From: a virus
Taxonomy: Duplodnaviria; Caudoviricetes
Direction: 5' to 3' (one strand)
DNA length: 64,000 bases
Virus record (IMG/VR): IMGVR_UViG_2061766007_000009
Under the pieces are notes generated by a model, which worked only from the letters and a program-made list of their open reading frames with translations, ran no database searches and was not told the DNA's origin. Shown here piece by piece: positions 58,474 to 64,000 of this stretch. Every line of letters begins with the position of its first letter. The first letter of the stretch is position 1. Made by a program: the position numbers and the translations under genes.

Positions 58474-59603
58474 TAAAAATATACCTCATCTGGTTCAACA
58501 GAATCGGACAGTATTGTCATCTTCGAGTTTTTTATTTTCATCTTATCGACAAACTTATCGTATTGCATATCATGTTCAATGGATGAAACCATATCAGATA
58601 TTACGTCTTTTATCTCTGGGTCTCCGGAAAACACAGAACGCATAAATTCGTTAAATTCCCCTGACTCCATCTTGCATATGTCCGTAAACAGATATGGCAC
58701 AACATCAGAATGTTCCACATTGTCTGCCAACATATCCCACATAGGAACACCAAGTCTCATATCCCAAGGCTCGGCTGCGATAAAGTCAGCAGCCCTTACA
58801 ATCGCCATTGCCATCATTCTGTCACTCGGAAGCCCGTGTGACGAGAACAACTCAAACAGTCCTCTGAATGTATCGTGGAGAAGTCCGGGAAAGGTTAACG
58901 CTTGGACATAGATGCTTGTTCTATTCCCATTCTTTCCCAACGTAACTTCAACATAAGAGTCTTCTTTTGGTTTGTCGTCACTAATTTCTTCTTCCTCAAC
59001 AAACAATAGAAAATCTTTTAATGCTTGAATTTCAGCATATAGTCTTGGCAATTCCTTGTTTATTCTGTATATTTCTTTGTCATACAATCTGAAGTCGGTC
59101 CCATAAAAATAAGATGCACCCATAATCAACGCATCGACTACTCTTCGTTGTAGTACAATCTCATTGGAATTTATCATATCAAGCACATCACTAAATGAAT
59201 ACACTCCATCTGGTTGACTTCCTTCTGGGGTTATCCTCATATCACTCTGGGGAACAATTTCATCAACAAGTTTGCAATCAAGGTTGATTGTATTGGCTGG
59301 TATGTCAAAAACCTTTAACACTGAATTTTTGCAAATCCTCTCAAGTTGTTTTCTAACTGGACGCTCAAGTTCGGCGCACTCACTCATCTTCTCGGAAAGA
59401 AGTGTGTGTGCATCGTCGATGTTATCCACCCTTATGCCAAGCGAGGATAAGTTCGACACCACCTCGTCAAAACGGTCTTGCACAATGGACGCATCAAAGT
59501 CATCACTGGGGAATACTGGATTCGCTCCCAACGATGTCGTATGTGTCGCCAATGCCTTTGCAATGAATGGTGGCAACTGGTCATATGATTCAAATAAACG
59601 CAT
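58470..59603 (-). CDS. Hypothetical protein translationally coupled to terminase
   Basis: ATGA overlap; MRLFES start; FP.LLHD..RGLFEL...HGLP and AEPWDMRLG motifs. Confidence 0.65.
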   Translation of the reverse strand: MRLFESYDQLPPFIAKALATHTTSLGANPVFPSDDFDASIVQDRFDEVVSNLSSLGIRVDNIDDAHTLLSEKMSECAELERPVRKQLERICKNSVLKVFDIPANTINLDCKLVDEIVPQSDMRITPEGSQPDGVYSFSDVLDMINSNEIVLQRRVVDALIMGASYFYGTDFRLYDKEIYRINKELPRLYAEIQALKDFLLFVEEEEISDDKPKEDSYVEVTLGKNGNRTSIYVQALTFPGLLHDTFRGLFELFSSHGLPSDRMMAMAIVRAADFIAAEPWDMRLGVPMWDMLADNVEHSDVVPYLFTDICKMESGEFNEFMRSVFSGDPEIKDVISDMVSSIEHDMQYDKFVDKMKIKNSKMTILSDSVEPDEVYFY

Positions 59604-59986
59604 TATATCCTCTTTAAGAAATCTCTAAGTTCTCTCTTTGAAAACATTACAGCACCCTCGATAAGGTTGCCAGAAAACCTTGACTCATTCGTATTACTGC
59701 TAGTTTGTTTTCCGTTTTGGTCGAGATGAACTGTAACGGGAAACCCACGTTTAACCGCATTGTTTACATCAGATGATTCAACATTACCTGTGCTATATGC
59801 GCACATATTATTACTGCTAGATGATGAAAAACTTACGTTTGACGGCATATGTGCCTCGGTCGAAGCACTTTGTGCACTGGCTATACTATCGTCTACATTA
59901 TTAATGTCTCCAATAAAATTTAATGCTGGCTTTTGAGAATTATCTTCTTCCCTCAATCTAAGTTGTCTTTTTCTAAAAACTCTCAT
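59603..59986 (-). CDS. Small putative head protein
   Basis: MRVFRKRQLRLREE; C-terminal LIEG..FSKREL; late motif at 60006. Confidence 0.6.
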   Translation of the reverse strand: MRVFRKRQLRLREEDNSQKPALNFIGDINNVDDSIASAQSASTEAHMPSNVSFSSSSSNNMCAYSTGNVESSDVNNAVKRGFPVTVHLDQNGKQTSSNTNESRFSGNLIEGAVMFSKRELRDFLKRI

Positions 59987-60062
59987 ATGTGTACACTTTT
60001 ATTATATAAATACCCATAAGCAACAAAAAAACGAGCACCTTTCAGTACTCGTTTATCTTGTG

Positions 60063-60779
60063 TTAGAAATCACTAACAAATGGGTTTGTGCGTTTGACTT
60101 TCTTGTTCGTTATCTTTCGCTCTGGGCGTTTTGTATGCCGTTCTTTATCTCCAAGCAATTCCCCAACAATTTCGTTGATTACATCATCATACGATTCCAT
60201 AACTGGTCTCGGATTTTTGTGAGCCATCATCGGTTGTGGGGCTGGTGCTGGTGCTGGTGCTGGTGGCATTCCGCCACCCATCGGAGGCATTCCGCCACCC
60301 ATAGGAGGCATTCCGCCGTCCATACCCATATTTGGGTCGACATTTCCAGCCTTGTTCAGTGCCTTAACAACATCCTTCTTGTCGTTTGCGTCAAGCGTAT
60401 CTCCAAGGGCACTCGCAAGCATATTCAATGCCCACTTTGCGTCTGGTGAGGAGAAGGGGTCCATCTGGTCTGCTTTTGCTTGACTTGCGAGTTGTGAAAT
60501 CTCGCCAGTCTTCTTGTAGATTGATTGCTTCGGCGTTCCTTCATCTTCTTCACCGCCCATCATCGAAGGGTCTGGTGCTGGCATTGGGGGCTGTGGTGCA
60601 CCGCCCATCATCGAAGGGTCTGGTGCTGGCATTGGAGGCTGTGGTGCGACACCCATCATCGAAGGGTCTGGTGCTGGCATTGGAGGTTGTGGCAGTGCCG
60701 CCTCGTTAAATAAACGGACGGAAGGGTTCGGACCGAAGCCAAACCCTCCCGTCTTATGAAAATTTCTATTTTCGTTTAT
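60063..60779 (-). CDS. Pro/Met/Gly-rich ORF, probably the -1 frameshift extension of 60776..62299
   Basis: Frame is open 33 codons upstream of ATG 60680, back into the 10-A run. Confidence 0.65.
   Translation of the reverse strand: MNENRNFHKTGGFGFGPNPSVRLFNEAALPQPPMPAPDPSMMGVAPQPPMPAPDPSMMGGAPQPPMPAPDPSMMGGEEDEGTPKQSIYKKTGEISQLASQAKADQMDPFSSPDAKWALNMLASALGDTLDANDKKDVVKALNKAGNVDPNMGMDGGMPPMGGGMPPMGGGMPPAPAPAPAPQPMMAHKNPRPVMESYDDVINEIVGELLGDKERHTKRPERKITNKKVKRTNPFVSDF
60556..60692. repeat. 48-bp coding repeat x3 (PQPPMPAPDPSMMG..)
   Basis: CCCATCATCGAAGGGTCTGGTGCTGGCATTGG at 60556, 60604, 60652. Confidence 0.9.
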
Positions 60780-60788
60780 TTTTTTTTT
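60717..60788 (-). promoter_or_regulatory. Candidate -1 frameshift cassette: A10 slippery run, TAA, 15-bp hairpin
   Basis: TTA AAA AAA AAA TAA then GACGGGAGGGTTTGG-CTTCGGT-CCGAACCCTTCCGTC. Confidence 0.6.
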
Positions 60789-62299
60789 AAGTTCCTGATG
60801 ATTGATTCTGCAATTGCATTCTCAAGTTCATCTGGGTCTACGAGGAATGGTGCACCGTCACCGATTTGCTCGCCGTAAGGCTGTTCGCTGTAAACCGACT
60901 CATCATTCATATCGTAGTAACCTGGGAACTCATTGTAGCGTGTAGATGGTAATGACATAACCCTCTTCTGCCAAGCAGGATGCTTCCCGAAGTAGTCAAG
61001 TCTATCCTCATTCAACATACGACGAAAATCTCTTGATTCATACACACGACCTTCGTTTGTTTGGTTGTACAAATCACTATCATTGAAATCATCACCGTTT
61101 GCATTGCCCATCATACCTGGGTTGCCCATAGGAGGCATACCGCCGCCGATAGGAGGCATTCCACCACCCATAGGGGGCATTCCGCCGCCGATAGGTGGCA
61201 TTCCACCACCCATAGGAGGCATTCCGCCGCCCATAGGAGGCATATCACCCATCATATCATCTTGCATACCACCGTTATCGGGAACGCCAAGCACAGATGC
61301 GATACGCTGGAGAGTATCCTCCATATCATCAATCTTATTGATAAGACCGCCCTCGCTGTCAATGTTTGCGTCCATATCGGTAATAGCCTCATTTACACGC
61401 TTTGTGAATGGGTCGCCGTAACCTATGTCGTTTGTACCTGGAGTTGGTTCATACTGGTCCCAGAATTGTCTGTGAAGGGCTTTTTTGCCTTTACCTCTAC
61501 CTTCTCCAACAACACCGTTACGCATTCTCTTACGATTGGTGAAACGTGGCTCGGTGAATGGGTTGTTAGGACCAATTTCGGTTCCGTGACTGTCATCAAT
61601 ATAATCGTAGTCGTCGTTCCAACCTAGAACCTCACTGTCACTACGTCCCTCGAACATATCATCTGGAAGGTCGGCCTTTTTCCAAGCCTTGTCCTTCTTG
61701 AAGCCATGTCCCTTGCGGACTCCATCCTTATACTCATTGCGACCGATGTTATCACGCATCTTGTCGATGTTCATATCATCGCAACGACAAACTTCACCAT
61801 CTTTACAGAATGGGTCACCACAGCAACCACACTCTTGTTTCTTGTTCTCATTGATGCGACCCACGTTGTACATAATCTGACGTTCGCGAGCAATTTCACG
61901 CTTCATCTGGTTGGTCGACTCAACCGTCAGTTGACGCCTCTTGTCGGGGTTCCAAGATTCCACCATAATCTTCTTGCCAGCGGCATTAGCCTCTTTCAGA
62001 GAAGCCATCTTAAGGTCAAATTGCTTAAGGGCATTGGCATAACTAGAGTATTCGTTGTTCTTACGATTAACGAATCCACCAATATAGTCAAAGTTCTCTT
62101 TAATTGGCTTTACGTTCTGGGGTGCTGATTTGATATAATACTTGGTACCTTCACGGACGATTCCGTAAAGTTTGCCGTCAGCGCCGACACGTGAATATTC
62201 GACATCTGAGAATGGGGTATTTTTCTTACCTTCACTCAAGCCGTAAGACATCATTTCCTTGATACGACCGAGTTCTTTTTTCACATTCTTTTTGCTCAT
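60776..62299 (-). CDS. Putative head-core protein with GGMPPM repeats
   Basis: ELGRIKEMMSY, YGIVREGTKYYIK..YIGG..YSSYA.ALK; repeated IG...PF units; many (I/L/V)xE sites; ends LKKK. Confidence 0.75.
   Translation of the reverse strand: MSKKNVKKELGRIKEMMSYGLSEGKKNTPFSDVEYSRVGADGKLYGIVREGTKYYIKSAPQNVKPIKENFDYIGGFVNRKNNEYSSYANALKQFDLKMASLKEANAAGKKIMVESWNPDKRRQLTVESTNQMKREIARERQIMYNVGRINENKKQECGCCGDPFCKDGEVCRCDDMNIDKMRDNIGRNEYKDGVRKGHGFKKDKAWKKADLPDDMFEGRSDSEVLGWNDDYDYIDDSHGTEIGPNNPFTEPRFTNRKRMRNGVVGEGRGKGKKALHRQFWDQYEPTPGTNDIGYGDPFTKRVNEAITDMDANIDSEGGLINKIDDMEDTLQRIASVLGVPDNGGMQDDMMGDMPPMGGGMPPMGGGMPPIGGGMPPMGGGMPPIGGGMPPMGNPGMMGNANGDDFNDSDLYNQTNEGRVYESRDFRRMLNEDRLDYFGKHPAWQKRVMSLPSTRYNEFPGYYDMNDESVYSEQPYGEQIGDGAPFLVDPDELENAIAESIIRNLKKK
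61126..61245. repeat. 21-bp coding repeat (GGMPP[MI]G) x5-6
   Basis: ATAGGAGGCAT(T/A)CC(G/A)CC units; the same unit recurs at about 60262-60320. Confidence 0.85.
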
Positions 62300-62395
62300 A
62301 TTAAAATATTTTAATTTAGTCTTATTCTTTTTAGAATCAGGTTTATTTTACAATAAATAGATTACACAAGAAAAAAATATTCATTTTTATTCTCA

Positions 62396-62740
62396 TTAAT
62401 AATCATAATATATATTTTGCATCGCTTGTTGAGAATACGGCCTAAAAACACTGGCTGGTTTTACGTATATCATACCGTATTGTTTTCCGTTCTTAATGAG
62501 CGTACACAACATATAAGAAACTCCGAGAGCATTTGACAGCATAGAGTCCTCCAGACATAAATATACCTTTCCGTTCTCCATACTTATCATATATTTCCCG
62601 TTTTTGGTGAGAAGTGCCTCAAGATAGTCATTCTCCCTCTCCCATTGTTTGGCATAGGGATTCCTGTCTGGGTCACCGTCCGCAACGACTTCCTCAAACA
62701 ATCTTTTTCTGGCATCCTCATTTATCTTAATCTTCATCAC
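62396..62740 (-). CDS. Small putative head-internal protein
   Basis: MKIKINEDARKRLFEE N-terminus. Confidence 0.65.
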   Translation of the reverse strand: MMKIKINEDARKRLFEEVVADGDPDRNPYAKQWERENDYLEALLTKNGKYMISMENGKVYLCLEDSMLSNALGVSYMLCTLIKNGKQYGMIYVKPASVFRPYSQQAMQNIYYDY

Positions 62741-63657
62741 TCAATCGTATTTAACACATCATATATTGCGTTCTTTAATTCTATGAGTTTCCCCATATAT
62801 TCAGTTCTACGCAAAACCTTGAACGCAAGGTTGCCGACACCCATCTCACCCTCAATCTCAAGACTCTTCTTTCGCATATTTTTTATCGCTTTGCGGAGTC
62901 TGCTTACTTTTTCGCCAATTTCCTCAATTTGATGTGCATCATCAGTTTCGTCAAACTCGTCCCAGAGGTCGTCAATCCTTGTCATAATCTTGGCTGCCAG
63001 ATGCTTGATGTCGTATTTGTTCAAACCAATACTCTCAATCTGGTTTGGAGACGGTTCCTTTATCCATTCATTGCTGGTGAGTGAATATATTGCATTTGAA
63101 GCATTTTCCTCGCCAATATCTTGAACGTAAATCTCTATGGGGAAGCCGTGAATCTTCAACGATTCTCCGTGGGTGTCGTTCCACATAGTCTTCTTTGCGT
63201 CAAAATACTCTTTTACAAAGTCCGTCTTTTCATCAACCTTGCTGAAATCAACCATAAGGTGCATATCGATGTCTGAGAATTCAGACCAATTATAATTACA
63301 AATTGACCCCATCAAGAGAATATCCTCTGGTTTTACCCAGTTTACGCCAACCTCTTGCCAGAAATCGTCAGCAATATCAAGAAGTCTGAGTCTGACCCTT
63401 GAATCAAGATTTCCGTCCTCGTCCCAGATATCAGCCATCCTTCCTTGTTTTCTAAACGAGGAAAGGTCCACTTCGCTATCCTCAACCTCGGACTCAAGAT
63501 TCTCCTCTAATTCACCGTCTGATACATGGTAATAAGGGAAACTTCCACCCTCACTACCAATCATAAACTTATCGGCTTCATAAGGCGGAATATCCTTCTT
63601 CTCTTGAAGCATCAGAGAGTAAAGGGAACTTGCTGGTATTCGTATTTTTTTACCCAT
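62737..63657 (-). CDS. Pol-beta superfamily nucleotidyltransferase
   Basis: LLMGSICNYNWSEFSDIDMHL (hGS..DhD) and PIEIYVQ third acidic residue; start MGKKIRI at 63657. Confidence 0.8.
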   Translation of the reverse strand: MGKKIRIPASSLYSLMLQEKKDIPPYEADKFMIGSEGGSFPYYHVSDGELEENLESEVEDSEVDLSSFRKQGRMADIWDEDGNLDSRVRLRLLDIADDFWQEVGVNWVKPEDILLMGSICNYNWSEFSDIDMHLMVDFSKVDEKTDFVKEYFDAKKTMWNDTHGESLKIHGFPIEIYVQDIGEENASNAIYSLTSNEWIKEPSPNQIESIGLNKYDIKHLAAKIMTRIDDLWDEFDETDDAHQIEEIGEKVSRLRKAIKNMRKKSLEIEGEMGVGNLAFKVLRRTEYMGKLIELKNAIYDVLNTIE

Positions 63658-63853
63658 TATCTTTTTCACAGCATCCGCAGAATGGAAGCCAGAGGTCAAC
63701 AGGGTCTTCTTGACCCTCGTCAAAGAACGAGTTCAACTCTGTGTGCTTAAATTTAATGTCTTTGTTTTCTTTATAAACAGCACCCATTTGGGTCAACAAA
63801 GGAACAAAGCCCTCCACTGTTTCAAAATTGTATCCGTCGTAAGTGTGTTCCAT
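63650..63853 (-). CDS. Small hypothetical protein
   Basis: Late motif at 63874; stop overlaps the nucleotidyltransferase start. Confidence 0.55.
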   Translation of the reverse strand: MEHTYDGYNFETVEGFVPLLTQMGAVYKENKDIKFKHTELNSFFDEGQEDPVDLWLPFCGCCEKDNG

Positions 63854-63889
63854 AATCTTTTATTTTATATACAATAAATATATAACTAA

Positions 63890-63927
63890 AAAGAAAATGC
63901 GAGGTTACAATAATTGCAACCTCGCAA
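63890..63927 (-). terminator. Intrinsic terminator
   Basis: TGCGAGGTT..AACCTCGCA hairpin with A tracts. Confidence 0.65.
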
Positions 63928-64000
63928 GAAAAAGTTCTTTTAACTCTGCGTATTCAATTAGCCCTTGGCATAAAACATAAGTCCGCCAAACAGACCCATA

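Noticed and set aside
63650-63723. Frameshift joining the 67-aa ORF to the nucleotidyltransferase
   Set aside because: The overlap is explained by a coupled ATG at 63657; no slippery site plus structure
1-64000. Stop-codon reassignment as in Lak or some crAss-like phages
   Set aside because: Core genes are full-length in the standard code, and TAG and TGA both end genes at sensible junctions (e.g. 16360, 14290)
1-64000. tRNA or rRNA genes
   Set aside because: No cloverleaf or rRNA-like segment recognised by eye; intergenic gaps are short. tRNAscan-SE would confirm

Overview
A 64-kb slice of a large, AT-rich, T4-like (Caudoviricetes, probably jumbo myovirus) bacteriophage genome. The host is most likely a Bacteroidota, judged from two TTG-N20-TAATTTTG host-type promoters and FISUMP/BspA-type domains. 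The window holds a family B DNA polymerase and a complete T4-type head module on the minus strand (terminase large subunit, portal, prohead protease, acidic scaffold, major capsid protein). It also has two lysins, a set of modular fibre/adhesin genes, five glycosyltransferase-like genes, dUTPase, PhoH and a gp55-like sigma factor. The most notable observations are: (1) a probable -1 programmed frameshift (10-A run, stop, 15-bp hairpin) fusing two Pro/Met/Gly-rich head-region ORFs; (2) a set of enzymes/regulators (WYL, nucleotidyltransferase, ART-PolyVal, GH108 lysozyme, a Q/N-rich protein) carrying (I/L)xE prohead-protease-type tags, suggesting a virion-packaged, injected cargo; (3) a paralogous fibre family sharing an N-terminal 'QFLRN..PILARY' module and a C-terminal 'D[CA]G[TED]Y' peptide; (4) three promoter classes readable from the sequence, including a late motif (TATTTAT) that is the reverse complement of the T4 one; (5) a possible fibre/virion glycosylation system. 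All product calls come from recognising motifs by eye; no database searches were run.
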